Source: Alphaproteobacteria bacterium | GTDB lineage: Bacteria > Pseudomonadota > Alphaproteobacteria > CAAHEQ01 > UBA3637 | Assembly: GCA_045655105.1 (NCBI GenBank) | Contig: JAZOOQ010000059.1 | Coordinates: 10,422 to 74,421 of the forward strand | Reading direction: 5' to 3' | DNA: 64,000 bases | In this document: piece after piece, positions 9,119 to 19,270 of the stretch | Position numbering within the stretch: position 1 is the first letter of the stretch | Layout of the letters: every line of letters begins with the position of its first letter | The notes under the pieces: generated by a model | What the model was told of the DNA's origin: nothing | What the model saw: only the letters and a program-made list of their open reading frames with translations | Database searches by the model: none | Position numbers and translations under genes: made by a program

Positions 9119-12100
9119 AAAAAAGAATTAACAAACCATTGAAATATTCTTTATTGGGATTAAAGTATTTTTTCATTATTTTTCTTTGCACACTTTTTGT
9201 GCTGTTTAGTGTTGCATATTATAAATTGCATAAAGAACCTGTTGATTTAAGCTTCTTATTGCCAAAAGTTGAATCTTATTTAGCGCCTTCAAAAACATTG
9301 CATTTAAGCGCGGAAAGCATTGTTTTATCAGCAAGGGCTTCAAGAATGGGTCTTTTTCACATTCAAATTGATAATCTTGAATTAAAAGATGCTCAAAATA
9401 AAGAAATCTTGGAATTGCCTGATGTTAAATTTTCTTATGGTGTGTGGCAACTTTTAACCTTGAGCTTTGTCCCTAAAAATATTTTTCTGACAGATGCTTA
9501 TTTATACGTTACGTTAAATGAAAAGAACCAGTTTATTTTAGAAGATAAACCTCAAGAAGATGAACTTATTGAACAAGATCTTGAAAAAAAAGAAACAACA
9601 CAATTAAACCCTGTTTTTGTTCAAGATCAACGTATTATTGTTAATGATATTATTAAATCATTATCAGCGTTTTCAAAATTGCGCAGGTTCACGCTTAAAA
9701 ATTCAACAATCGTGTTAAATGACTTAAAGGAAAATAAACATTTTGAATTTCCAAATTTGAATTTAACATTGAAGCGTCAACGTTTTTATAAATATGAAAT
9801 TTCATCTTTTGGTCAGATGATTGTTGATGGGAAAAAACCAATGACATTGGTTTTTGATGCTTATTTAAATGCACCGAATAAAACACTTAATTTCAAAGCC
9901 AATTTTAATGATTTGAAATTAAATGAAATGGGTCGGGCAATTGATATTTTTAATGGATTTAAAGTTTCACTTTCAGGAACAGTTGAAGGAGAGTTGTCCT
10001 TTGAAAAGAAAAATTCATCTTTTAAAGAAATGGCGCAAAATCTTTCTTTTAATGTTGAAACAAATGGACAGGGAAGTATTTATTTGCCGCATCCTCTTGA
10101 TATTGTTTATCCAGTTAAAAAAATAAAAGCGCAAGGGGTGTTTGGTAATCAGTTAGAACAGCTTTTTATTCGCCCTGTTGATGTTGAATTAACATCAGGG
10201 TTAAGTGCTGATGTTGATATCGTGATTAATGGCATTGGATCCTTTTTAAATTCAAATAATGTTAATGATATTACAACAACAATTAATGCTAGATTAAATC
10301 AAATTCCAACCGATCAAATTTCAGTTGTATGGCCATCATATTTAGGCTCAGATGCGCATGCATGGGTAAAGGAAAATTTAAAAAATGGAGGATTGAAAAC
10401 AGCTTTATTTACCCTTTATTTTACAGGTGGAGAAATTTCAGATTTAATTGGTGATGTGACATTTGATGGAGTTGATGTTCATTATTTAAGGCCATTACCT
10501 CCTGTTGAAAAAGCAGGTGGAAAAGTGATGCTTTATCCGGATCGAGTTGAAATTTTTGCAACAAAAGGAAATATGAAAGATGTTCAACTTGAAGTTGGGA
10601 ATGTTTATTTAACAGAGTTGTTAGATGATGTTTCAAATGCAAAAATTGAATTAAAAGTTTCTGGCCCTGTTGATCAAATGTTAACGCTGATTGATCAAAA
10701 ACCGTTAGATTTAATTCAAGAATTTGGTATCAAACCAAATCAAGTGAATGGTATGGCTACAGGTGAAGTGTTTTTAAACTTTCCATTAACAGAATCCTTA
10801 AAACCAGCTGACATAAAGGTAGATGTGAAAGCAAATTTAAAAGAGGGGACGGTTCTTGTTCCAGATAGTCAAATTAAGTTAGAAAAATCTGATTTCTCAT
10901 TGGTTGTAGATAATGAAAAATTATCTTTAGAGGGCTCTAGTTTGGCGTTTGGTGTTCCTTTTCAGATTAAATGGGAAGAATTTTTTGCTCCAACTAAAAA
11001 GATGCCTCTTCAAAGCAAATATGAAATAAAAGGGCAGGTGAACGATAAAGTTTTGGAATCATATTATCAAGATATTTCAACTTTTGTTAAAGGACCATTT
11101 TATTTGAATGCTTTGATTCAAAAAGATATGAATGGTATTTCTCATTTTGATTTGAATGCAGATTTAACATCGGCAAAAGTTATTTTAAATCCATTAACAT
11201 ATGAAAAAAATGAAGGCACTTCAGCTAAACTAAAAACAAATTTTTCAATTGATTCAAATGGATGGTTATCAAAAATTTTGTTTGATTATCAGGCAAACAA
11301 ACAAGAAAAGTTAAAGGGAAATGTATTTTTAAAAGGAAGAGGTTTTTCTTTAAATATTGAAGAAGCTCAGTTGCCAGAATCAAGTTTTAAGGGAAGCGTT
11401 GATTATTATGAAAAAGAATTTTTTAAACTTTCTCTTTCCGGTTCTAAATTAAATATTAGTGGATTAAAAGAATTTCCTTTGCTTAAAAATGCGCAACCTG
11501 ATTCTAATCCAGAACTTAAAATGACGGCGTTAGGCGGAAATGATTTAGCTGAAATTTATTTAGATGTTAGTTTAGATTCTTTGACAATGAAAAAAGATAT
11601 GCCATTAAAGCAAGTGTCATTAAAGGCTTATCGTAATGGTTCATTGTGGCAAAATTTATTTTTGTTTGCTGTTGCAAGAGAACCTGTTTCTGTGAACTAT
11701 ACGCCAAAAGATGGGCGCTTAGATGGGTTAACAATGGATGTGGGTGATTTATTAAATCGCTTGGGATTTTCAGATCAGTTTGAAAAGGGAAGTGCAAAAA
11801 TAGAAGGGAAAGTATTACCTAATGGAGGGTTTTCTGGTGATTTAACATTAAAAGATATTAAGCTTAAAAAACCAGGGTTTGTGATGCAAGCAATTACAAT
11901 TTTGGGCATTTGGGATGCAATACAAGGAAATGACTTAAGCTTTTCAAATGGCGAAGTTTCATTTGATCTATCTCCAAACTTTACTTTGTTTATTAAAGAA
12001 GGTGTCACTTATGGAACTGCTTTAGGGATTACGTTTGCAGGGAGAGCAGCAATTTCCTCATTGGAATTATCAGGTTCTGTCATCCCAGCTTATATTATTA

Positions 12101-12267
12101 ATTCCTTGCCAGGCAAAATTCCTGTAATTGGACATTTATTTAAAGACACAAAGGGTGGTGGATTAGTGGGGGTTAAATATGAAGTGACAGGAACACCAGC
12201 AAATCCAGTTGTTTCTTTTAAACCTTTATCAAGTATTGCACCAGGTATTTTAGGAAGATTCTTTTAA
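9115..12267 (+). CDS. YhdP/AsmA-like large envelope protein (DUF3971-type)
   Basis: 1050 aa with a single N-terminal TM segment and a beta-rich body. The C-terminal tail GVKYEVTGTPANPVVSFKPLSSIAPGILGRFF resembles the YhdP/AsmA2 C-terminus. Its ATGA start overlaps the pit stop. Confidence 0.5.
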   Translation: MKKRINKPLKYSLLGLKYFFIIFLCTLFVLFSVAYYKLHKEPVDLSFLLPKVESYLAPSKTLHLSAESIVLSARASRMGLFHIQIDNLELKDAQNKEILELPDVKFSYGVWQLLTLSFVPKNIFLTDAYLYVTLNEKNQFILEDKPQEDELIEQDLEKKETTQLNPVFVQDQRIIVNDIIKSLSAFSKLRRFTLKNSTIVLNDLKENKHFEFPNLNLTLKRQRFYKYEISSFGQMIVDGKKPMTLVFDAYLNAPNKTLNFKANFNDLKLNEMGRAIDIFNGFKVSLSGTVEGELSFEKKNSSFKEMAQNLSFNVETNGQGSIYLPHPLDIVYPVKKIKAQGVFGNQLEQLFIRPVDVELTSGLSADVDIVINGIGSFLNSNNVNDITTTINARLNQIPTDQISVVWPSYLGSDAHAWVKENLKNGGLKTALFTLYFTGGEISDLIGDVTFDGVDVHYLRPLPPVEKAGGKVMLYPDRVEIFATKGNMKDVQLEVGNVYLTELLDDVSNAKIELKVSGPVDQMLTLIDQKPLDLIQEFGIKPNQVNGMATGEVFLNFPLTESLKPADIKVDVKANLKEGTVLVPDSQIKLEKSDFSLVVDNEKLSLEGSSLAFGVPFQIKWEEFFAPTKKMPLQSKYEIKGQVNDKVLESYYQDISTFVKGPFYLNALIQKDMNGISHFDLNADLTSAKVILNPLTYEKNEGTSAKLKTNFSIDSNGWLSKILFDYQANKQEKLKGNVFLKGRGFSLNIEEAQLPESSFKGSVDYYEKEFFKLSLSGSKLNISGLKEFPLLKNAQPDSNPELKMTALGGNDLAEIYLDVSLDSLTMKKDMPLKQVSLKAYRNGSLWQNLFLFAVAREPVSVNYTPKDGRLDGLTMDVGDLLNRLGFSDQFEKGSAKIEGKVLPNGGFSGDLTLKDIKLKKPGFVMQAITILGIWDAIQGNDLSFSNGEVSFDLSPNFTLFIKEGVTYGTALGITFAGRAAISSLELSGSVIPAYIINSLPGKIPVIGHLFKDTKGGGLVGVKYEVTGTPANPVVSFKPLSSIAPGILGRFF

Positions 12268-12280
12268 GAGAAATAAAAAA

Positions 12281-12302
12281 ATCTCCTAATTTTTTAGGAG
12301 AT
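12281..12302. terminator. bidirectional rho-independent terminator between convergent genes
   Basis: ATCTCCTAA-TTTT-TTAGGAGAT hairpin flanked by an A-run (12274-12280) and a T-run (12303-12309). Confidence 0.8.
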
Positions 12303-12311
12303 TTTTTTATT

Positions 12312-12962
12312 TTATTGCTCTGATTTTTTTAGAATATTATTAATATTTTTATTCAATTTTTCTATTGTTTTTAAAACATTATTTGGCTTGTTTTCAAAAG
12401 CAATGGTTTCTAATACATCTTTGCTTAAGATATTTTGTCTTCTCATTTCAATCAGCATTTCATTCATGCGATCCCAATAATGATTGGTGTTTAAAAATAC
12501 GATAGGTTTATATGGTTCTTTTTTGTTTTGAACAAGTGTTTCAAAATAATTAAAAACATACATCACATCAAATCCACCTGGAAGAAAAACAAGAGCATCA
12601 CTATTTCTGATAAAAAAATCAGCTTGACTTTCAAAATTTGAAGCTTGTTTTATAGATATTGTTTGGCAAGGATGATTCTTAGGGCAGTTTTCTTCATTTT
12701 GTGGCAAATAAGAAATAGCTTTGAAATTAGCTTTTTTATTATGAAGTGTTTTTAAAAAAGCCCCTGAAAGACCAACGCCTGTTCCTTCACAAATAATTTC
12801 TTTTTTTTGACTCGCTAAATAAGATGCTAATTGAGAAACATTTTTTGCATATGTTGAGTTAAAATTCTTATTTTGAGAGCCGATCACCCCAATTGTTTCA
12901 ATTTGAGCAAAAGAGGGAGTTGATAAAAGAAAACAAGATAAAAGAAAAAGCGTTTTTTTCAT
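12312..12962 (-). CDS. LOG/TIGR00730-like Rossmann-fold protein with N-terminal signal peptide
   Basis: Signal-like N-terminus MKKTLFLLSCFLLSTPSFAQ, then IGVIGS..., LVFLPGGFDVMYVFNYFE and KPIVFLNTNHYWDRM, which parallel the LOG blocks (PGGxGTxxE, KPxxxxN..G.W). The catalytic-motif residues are degenerate. Confidence 0.5.
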   Translation of the reverse strand: MKKTLFLLSCFLLSTPSFAQIETIGVIGSQNKNFNSTYAKNVSQLASYLASQKKEIICEGTGVGLSGAFLKTLHNKKANFKAISYLPQNEENCPKNHPCQTISIKQASNFESQADFFIRNSDALVFLPGGFDVMYVFNYFETLVQNKKEPYKPIVFLNTNHYWDRMNEMLIEMRRQNILSKDVLETIAFENKPNNVLKTIEKLNKNINNILKKSEQ

Positions 12963-12974
12963 TTAGAAATCTCC

Positions 12975-13997
12975 TTATTTTCTGTTGAAAATATGATTTT
13001 TTACTCTGGTTAAAACAGCGCCAGAAAGAACGCGTGCTTTTTTTGCTCCTTGTTGCAACATATCTTCAACTTCATCAAAATGTTCAATGTAATAATTATA
13101 TTTTTCTCTTTTTTCACCCAATTCATTTAAAATAGCTTGCAACAACATTTTCTTAATTGTGCCATAACCCATACCGCCTTTTTCAAGACCTTCTTTGATC
13201 TCTAAAACCAATTCTTCAGGAGCAATCCCTTTTGCAATATGATAAAGCAAAATATCGTCTGGATTTTTTGGATCATTGATATCTTGACAATCTGTTTTAA
13301 TTCCCATAACCGCTTTTTTAATTTCAGCATCAGTTCCAAAAAGAGGAATCACATTGTTATAACTTTTACTCATTTTTTGGCCATCAATTCCTGGGATGAC
13401 TTGCGTTTCTTCTTTTAAAAAGCTTGTTGGTATTTTAAGAACTTCAGCTTCATAAATTGCATTGATTGCGCCAGCAATATCAGCAGCAATTTCAACGTGT
13501 TGAACCTGATCTTTTCCAACAGGAACAATATCCGTATCATAAGCTAAAATATCAGCCGCCATTAAAACAGGGTATGTATATAAGCCCATGTTAATGCCGG
13601 CATCTTGAGGCTCATTTTTTGCAAGATTTTTATCAATAGCTGCTTTATAGGCATGAGCTTTATTCATAAATCCTTTAGGCGTATAAGCCATTAAAATGGT
13701 TGTGAGCTCAAAAATTTCTGGGATATCAGATTGGCGATAAAAAATAGAATGATTTGGATCTAATCCACAAGCTAAATAAGCGCATGCAAGTTCTTTTGTT
13801 GTTTTAGCTAAAAAAACAGGATCTTTAATTGCATTAATCGCATGATAATCAGCAACAAACATAATATGGTTTGCTTTTTGTTCAGCTGTTTTTTGGCCAA
13901 ATTCAATCATGGGATTAATAGCGCCAAAGTAATTGCCGATATGCAATGTTCCTGTTGGTTTAACGCCGGTTAAAATCGTTTTATTTTCTAATTTCAT
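12975..13997 (-). CDS. trpS: tryptophan--tRNA ligase
   Basis: HIGH-type motif TGTLHIGNYFGA and a KMSKS motif (GQKMSKSYNN). The start is set at MKLENKTILTG (13997) rather than the listed upstream M at 14030. Confidence 0.92.
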   Translation of the reverse strand: MKLENKTILTGVKPTGTLHIGNYFGAINPMIEFGQKTAEQKANHIMFVADYHAINAIKDPVFLAKTTKELACAYLACGLDPNHSIFYRQSDIPEIFELTTILMAYTPKGFMNKAHAYKAAIDKNLAKNEPQDAGINMGLYTYPVLMAADILAYDTDIVPVGKDQVQHVEIAADIAGAINAIYEAEVLKIPTSFLKEETQVIPGIDGQKMSKSYNNVIPLFGTDAEIKKAVMGIKTDCQDINDPKNPDDILLYHIAKGIAPEELVLEIKEGLEKGGMGYGTIKKMLLQAILNELGEKREKYNYYIEHFDEVEDMLQQGAKKARVLSGAVLTRVKNHIFNRK

Positions 13998-14010
13998 TTT
14001 ATATCCTTTT

Positions 14011-15558
14011 TTATCTTTCACTGCCACCACTTACAACAATGTTTGTTTTTTTTGTTTGTTTTTTCTGGATGGCAATATTTTTCTTATATTTCTTATTGTA
14101 AACTTTAATCTTTTTTTCAGCTTCTGGCAACAAAATTTTTTCCATAAACACATCAGGAGTTAAGGAAAGCGCTGATTTTTTGATCCATGGAGTTAAACTT
14201 TTTCTTGCTCCTTTTATGGCATCAACCATTGTAATCGGTTGTAATTTTTTAGGAAGCTGTGAAATGGTTGAAGAATAAAATAAATCGTGGTAAACCAATT
14301 GATGGGCTTGACTTTCGCATTCTTTAATTTGAAAAGAACGAAGAGGGATTGTTTGAATATCTTGTTGATGTTGCATCATAACAAGCGTCATCATTTTTTC
14401 CATTAATAAAATATGATAAGGACTTCTGCTCATAATACCATCTTTAAAAAGCTCAAAATATTTTTGAATGGCAAATAAGGTGAATTCGTTTTGCTCAGCT
14501 AATGTAATTGGTTTTGATTTTCTCTTCACTTGATCTTGCCAATGTTTATAGGCAAGGGCGCATAAAAATTTTCTTACTTTTAAGCGATCGGCATGTCCTG
14601 CAACAATTTGGCTGGATAAGGATCCTTTTTTTGCATTTTGATAATAGACGCATTTAGTTACCCCCGTGTTACCATATTGATAGGCAAGATCAGTTCCAAG
14701 TGCTTGTGAATAAAAAGAATTTCCTAAAAAAGGATTACGTCTTAAAAGAGTTTCTTGTTTTTCCGAGTATTCAATTTGTGCGCTTGCTAAAGCATTTTCA
14801 GTTGAAATAATGGGTCGATCATTTGGAAATAAAATATCAACTTGAGCTTCATATCTCATTTGCGCGAGATTTGGTGAATGATTTTTATCATAATTATTTC
14901 TTCTTTTGATGCATTGATAAGCTAAATTTTCTTTTTCTTCTTGCGAAAGGTTTCGGCCATTTAGTTTAATATCCAAGCTTCTTAAAGCGGCAATGCCTTC
15001 GGGTGCAAGTTTATCCCCATTAAATTCAATTTTTAAACCATATCCAATTGTTAAAGCGTTTGCGGAACAAAAATAAAAACATTCCATTGGTTTGCTGTGA
15101 ACCTTATTATTGTTATCAATGCTATATCTTGTGCTTTCTATCAGATAGGTAGGCGCCATTAAACATCTTGTGAGATTATATCTAGAAACAAATTCTTCTT
15201 CTTTAATTAATTCTTTTTGTTGTTCGATAAAATCAAAAACATCTTTTTTTGTTGGTAATTGAATTTCAGGGAGATGTTTGATAAAAGTTTCTCTTCTTAA
15301 TAAAGGCGATACACTTTTGAAGAATGTGAGCATAGGTTCAGAAAATTTTGGTGATTTTTTTTGCTTTTCTTGAACTTGAACAGGTTCTTGTTCATTTAAA
15401 GTTTTTGGTTGTTCTTGAACAATTGGGTCTTTTGTTTCTTTTTTGGTTATTTTGTTTTCTGGCTCAAAATCTTTTTTACTTGATTTTGAAGAATGAATAA
15501 GCGTTGTGCTGGTTAAAAGACCACCTAAAATAAAAAGTTTATAAAATATCTTTTTCAT
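14011..15558 (-). CDS. secreted hypothetical protein, possible distant lysozyme-like (GH24-type) core
   Basis: The start at MKKIFYKLFILGGLLTSTTLIHS gives a signal peptide. It is followed by a K/E/Q-rich linker. The core has ALTIGYGLKIEF and ALGTDLAYQYGNTG, reminiscent of the phage-lysozyme TIGYGH and FN.G blocks (weak). Confidence 0.55.
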   Translation of the reverse strand: MKKIFYKLFILGGLLTSTTLIHSSKSSKKDFEPENKITKKETKDPIVQEQPKTLNEQEPVQVQEKQKKSPKFSEPMLTFFKSVSPLLRRETFIKHLPEIQLPTKKDVFDFIEQQKELIKEEEFVSRYNLTRCLMAPTYLIESTRYSIDNNNKVHSKPMECFYFCSANALTIGYGLKIEFNGDKLAPEGIAALRSLDIKLNGRNLSQEEKENLAYQCIKRRNNYDKNHSPNLAQMRYEAQVDILFPNDRPIISTENALASAQIEYSEKQETLLRRNPFLGNSFYSQALGTDLAYQYGNTGVTKCVYYQNAKKGSLSSQIVAGHADRLKVRKFLCALAYKHWQDQVKRKSKPITLAEQNEFTLFAIQKYFELFKDGIMSRSPYHILLMEKMMTLVMMQHQQDIQTIPLRSFQIKECESQAHQLVYHDLFYSSTISQLPKKLQPITMVDAIKGARKSLTPWIKKSALSLTPDVFMEKILLPEAEKKIKVYNKKYKKNIAIQKKQTKKTNIVVSGGSER

Positions 15559-15665
15559 CTTGAACCTTCGTTTATGATATATAAATAGGGTATCGTTTTT
15601 TGTCAAAAAAATCAACTTTTTTAATTTTTTTAGAAGAGATTTTTTTTGCGCGAAAGTAAAAGACC

Positions 15666-15694
15666 TTGCATTCGGTTTTTTTAGATGTTATTCT
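15666..15694 (+). promoter_or_regulatory. sigma70-like promoter upstream of oadG
   Basis: TTGCAT (15666-15671), 17-nt spacer, TATTCT (15689-15694). Confidence 0.4.
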
Positions 15695-15720
15695 TTAAAA
15701 AAGTTAGTAAGGGGGTTGTT

Positions 15721-15900
15721 ATGATTGAACAAAGTCTTTTAATTACCGTTATGGGCATGGGCAGTGTTTTTTTCTTTTTATTCTTGCTTGTGTGTTTTAT
15801 GAATTTATTAAGAGTTTTTTTAACTGGATATACAAAAGAAAGTTTAGATAAAGAAGCATTAGCCATTGTGTTGGCTTTGAAAGAAAAAAAGGGGAAATAA
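15721..15900 (+). CDS. oadG: oxaloacetate decarboxylase (Na+-pumping), gamma subunit
   Basis: Small single-TM protein MIEQSLLITVMGMGSVFFFLFLLV, typical of OadG, directly upstream of oadA and oadB. Confidence 0.75.
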   Translation: MIEQSLLITVMGMGSVFFFLFLLVCFMNLLRVFLTGYTKESLDKEALAIVLALKEKKGK

Positions 15901-17721
15901 ATGGTTTCAAAAACAAGAAAACAAAAGAAAATAGATTGGTTATGCACGGCATTTCGAGATGGGTTTCAATCCGTTTTTGGGGCAAGAGTGTTATCTAAAG
16001 ATTATTTGCCAATTGTGAAAGAAGCTGTTGATGCCGGTGTAAAAAACATTGAGGCAGGAGGAGGCGCTTCATTTCAAGCTTCTTTTTTCTATAATAATGA
16101 AAATGCTTTTGATGTGATGGATTCTTTCCGCAAAATTTGTGGTAAATCTGTTAATTTGCAAACATTAGCGCGTGGTGTTAATGTTGTGGCTCTTGATTCT
16201 CAAAGTTCAGAGATGATTGAATTGCATGCCAAAATGTTTAAAAAACATGGGATGACAACTATTCGTAATTTTGATGCTTTAAATGATCCCGAAAACTTGG
16301 TTTTTAGTGCAAAAGCCATTCATAAAGCAGGATTAAAACATCAACTTTGTGTTGCAATGATGAGTTTGCCTCCTCATTGTAAAGGTGCTCATACGCCGGA
16401 ATTTTATGAATCTAGATTAAAAGCTTTTCTTAAAAGCAAAATGCCAATTGACTCTGTTTGCTTTAAAGATGCTTCTGGAACAGCAACCCCAAAAGTTGTA
16501 TATGAAACCATTAAAAGAGCTCGCAAAATTTTAGGGGATGATATGTTAATTCAATATCATTCGCATGAAACAGCTGGAACGGGATTGGCTTGTTATTTAG
16601 CGGCGATTGAAGGGGGCGCAGATCGCGTTGATTTATCTATGGCTCCTGTTTCAGGGGGAACTTGTCAACCAGATGTGGCCACGTTATGGCATGCTTTACG
16701 AGGATCCGATTATGAACTTGATTGCGATATTGATGCGTTAATGAAAGTGGAAGATCATTTTAAAGAAGCTTTAAGTGATTATTTTATTCCACCTGAAGCC
16801 TTGCATACTGAACCTATGATCCCTTGGTCCCCAATGCCTGGTGGGGCATTAACAGCAAACACTCAAATGCTTCGAGATAATAATTTAATGGATAAATATG
16901 CCGAAATGATTAAAGCAATGGAAGAAGTTGTTTTAAAAGGTGGATTTGGAACATCTGTGACACCCGTATCCCAATTTTATTTCCAACAAGCTTTTAATAA
17001 TGTGATGTTTGGGCCATGGCAAAAAATTGCCGAAGGGTATGGTAAAATGGTGTTAGGTTATTTTGGAAAAACACCTGTTACACCCGATAAAAAAGTTGTT
17101 GAAATTGCTTCAGAACAATTAGGTTTAAAACCAACAAAAGAAAGTGTGTTATCCATTAATGACAAAAATCCAAATAAGAGCAGAACTCATTATGAAGGAA
17201 TTTTAAAAGAACATCATTTAGAGATAACAGATGAAAATGTTTTCATTACAGCGGCGTGTGGCGCAAAAGGAATTGCTTTCTTAGAAGGCAAAGGAAAAGT
17301 GGCTGTTCGATATAAAGAGGCAAAACAAGAAGATAAAAAAGAATCAAATTCTTATCAAGTGACAATTAATGGAGAAAACTTTGCTGTTGAATTAAAAGGC
17401 GAAAAAGCAATTGTGAATGGTAAAGAATATCAAGTTTCTGATTTTTCGGCGATTGATAATGTTTTATCTTCTTCTCAAAAAGAAAGTGAAGGAGTAAAAA
17501 CATCTCAAGGAGCTGTTGTTTTAGCTAAAATGCCAGGGACAATTACTTCTATTTTAGCTCCTGTTGGATCCGAAGTAAAAAAAGGAGATAACGTTCTTTG
17601 TGTTGAAGTGATGAAAATGGAAACATTTATTCAAGCGCCACAAAACGGAAAGGTAACAGATATTTTTGTTTCTGTTGGTTCGCAAGTTGAAACAAATCAA
17701 AAATTATTTGAGGTTAAATAA
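15901..17721 (+). CDS. oadA: oxaloacetate decarboxylase alpha subunit (carboxyltransferase plus biotin carrier domain)
   Basis: N-terminus has the TIM-barrel carboxyltransferase pattern FRDGFQS. The C-terminal biotinyl domain carries the EVMKME attachment motif. Confidence 0.88.
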   Translation: MVSKTRKQKKIDWLCTAFRDGFQSVFGARVLSKDYLPIVKEAVDAGVKNIEAGGGASFQASFFYNNENAFDVMDSFRKICGKSVNLQTLARGVNVVALDSQSSEMIELHAKMFKKHGMTTIRNFDALNDPENLVFSAKAIHKAGLKHQLCVAMMSLPPHCKGAHTPEFYESRLKAFLKSKMPIDSVCFKDASGTATPKVVYETIKRARKILGDDMLIQYHSHETAGTGLACYLAAIEGGADRVDLSMAPVSGGTCQPDVATLWHALRGSDYELDCDIDALMKVEDHFKEALSDYFIPPEALHTEPMIPWSPMPGGALTANTQMLRDNNLMDKYAEMIKAMEEVVLKGGFGTSVTPVSQFYFQQAFNNVMFGPWQKIAEGYGKMVLGYFGKTPVTPDKKVVEIASEQLGLKPTKESVLSINDKNPNKSRTHYEGILKEHHLEITDENVFITAACGAKGIAFLEGKGKVAVRYKEAKQEDKKESNSYQVTINGENFAVELKGEKAIVNGKEYQVSDFSAIDNVLSSSQKESEGVKTSQGAVVLAKMPGTITSILAPVGSEVKKGDNVLCVEVMKMETFIQAPQNGKVTDIFVSVGSQVETNQKLFEVK

Positions 17722-18969
17722 ATGAAGAAATATCCCGTATTTTTTTGGTGTGCATGCATTCTTCTTGCAATTTTTGGCTGTATAGAATTTGCGCTTTATA
17801 ATGAAAGCATTATGCAAATTTTAAAACAAACAGCAATTTATCAATTGTTTCAAGAAAAAGGGCCTGAAGGAATGTTATTTCCTTTAGGGATATCTCGTCT
17901 TTTAATGATAGCTATTTGTTGCTTTTTGCTTTATCTTGGAATTCATAAAAAATTTGAACCATTGCTTTTAATTCCAATTGCTATTGGTGGGTTGTTATCA
18001 AATATTCCAGGAGCTGGATTAACGCAAGAAGGGGGATTATTATATATTTTATACCATATGGGTATTGAAAATGGGTTGTTTCCCCTTTTAATTTTTATGG
18101 GCGTTGGCGCTATGATCGATTTTTCACCAATGCTTGCAAACCCTAAAACAGCATTTTTAGGTGGCGCTGCTCAATTTGCTATTTTTGGAACTTTTTTATG
18201 CGCTATTTGTTTAACAGGGCTTTTTCCTGACGTTGGCTTAACAATAAAACAAGCGGCCTCTATTGCCATTATTGGGGGAGCTGATGGGCCAACTTCAATC
18301 TTTTTAGCTGGGCGTTTAGCCCCAGAATTATTAGGAGCAATCGCCGTTGCGGCTTATTCTTATATGGCGCTTGTTCCTGTGATTCAACCGCCGATTATGC
18401 GTGCATTAACAACGAAAAGTGAGCGCCAAATTCAAATGGGACAATTGCGTGTTATTTCTAAAAAAGAAAGAATTTTATTTCCGATTTTAGTGATTATTTT
18501 AACAGGATTATTTGTTCCTTTGGCACTGCCATTAATTGGGATGCTAATGTTTGGTAATTTATTGAAAGAATCAGGTGTTGCAGATCGCCTTTCAAAAACA
18601 GCTTCAAATGAGTTAATTAATATTGTAACGATTTTATTGGGGCTTTCTGTTGGGTCAAAGCTTTCAGCGGATTTGTTTTTGGTTTCAAAAACGCTTATTA
18701 TTTTGATTTTGGGTATTTGTGCCTTCATGCTTGGTTCAGCAAGTGGAGTGTTGATGGCAAAATTAATGAATTTATTTTTGAAAAATAAAATTAATCCATT
18801 AATTGGATCGGCTGGGGTTTCTGCCATTCCAATGGCGGCTCGTGTCAGCGAAAAATTAGGAGTTGAAGAAAATCCTGAAAATCATTTATTGATGCATGCA
18901 ATGGGAGCAAATGTTGCTGGTGCTTTAGGATCGGCAATTGCTGCAGGTATTTTGCTTGCGCTTTGTTAA
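17722..18969 (+). CDS. oadB: oxaloacetate decarboxylase beta subunit (Na+ channel)
   Basis: Polytopic membrane protein. The blocks [11 protein letters not shown] and [14 protein letters not shown] resemble the OadB/GcdB family. Its start abuts the oadA stop. Confidence 0.88.
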   Translation: MKKYPVFFWCACILLAIFGCIEFALYNESIMQILKQTAIYQLFQEKGPEGMLFPLGISRLLMIAICCFLLYLGIHKKFEPLLLIPIAIGGLLSNIPGAGLTQEGGLLYILYHMGIENGLFPLLIFMGVGAMIDFSPMLANPKTAFLGGAAQFAIFGTFLCAICLTGLFPDVGLTIKQAASIAIIGGADGPTSIFLAGRLAPELLGAIAVAAYSYMALVPVIQPPIMRALTTKSERQIQMGQLRVISKKERILFPILVIILTGLFVPLALPLIGMLMFGNLLKESGVADRLSKTASNELINIVTILLGLSVGSKLSADLFLVSKTLIILILGICAFMLGSASGVLMAKLMNLFLKNKINPLIGSAGVSAIPMAARVSEKLGVEENPENHLLMHAMGANVAGALGSAIAAGILLALC

Positions 18970-18970
18970 G

Positions 18971-19267
18971 CTATAAATAAGGAGAAAGTTTTTCTAAAAA
19001 AGTTTTTTCATCAATATCATAAAGCGCCAATTTTTTTTCTCTTGAGGTTTCGCCCGAAAGTAAACAAATGGCGCTTTTTCTTATGCCTAAAAATTTAGAT
19101 AAAAAGGTAATTAAGGCTTCATTTGCTTTGCCATCAACTGGTGGAGTGTTGATATTTATTTTAATTTGCTCATTATTCCACACGCCATTAAAGGCCGATT
19201 TTTTAGCGCCAGGATGAATGCGAACTTTAATTTCAAGATGATCTGGATATTGGTTTAAAAAAAGCAT
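18971..19267 (-). CDS. DUF167 (YggU) family protein
   Basis: VRIHPGAKKSAF...PPVDGKANEALITFLSKFLG...LLSGETSREK matches the YggU pattern. Confidence 0.8.
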   Translation of the reverse strand: MLFLNQYPDHLEIKVRIHPGAKKSAFNGVWNNEQIKININTPPVDGKANEALITFLSKFLGIRKSAICLLSGETSREKKLALYDIDEKTFLEKLSPYL

Positions 19268-19270
19268 TTT

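Noticed and set aside
15681-15985. Two minus-strand ORFs (88 and 62 aa) overlapping oadG and the start of oadA
   Set aside because: They are antisense to a recognisable, tightly packed oadGAB operon and show low-complexity Phe/Lys-rich translation typical of AT-rich antisense frames.
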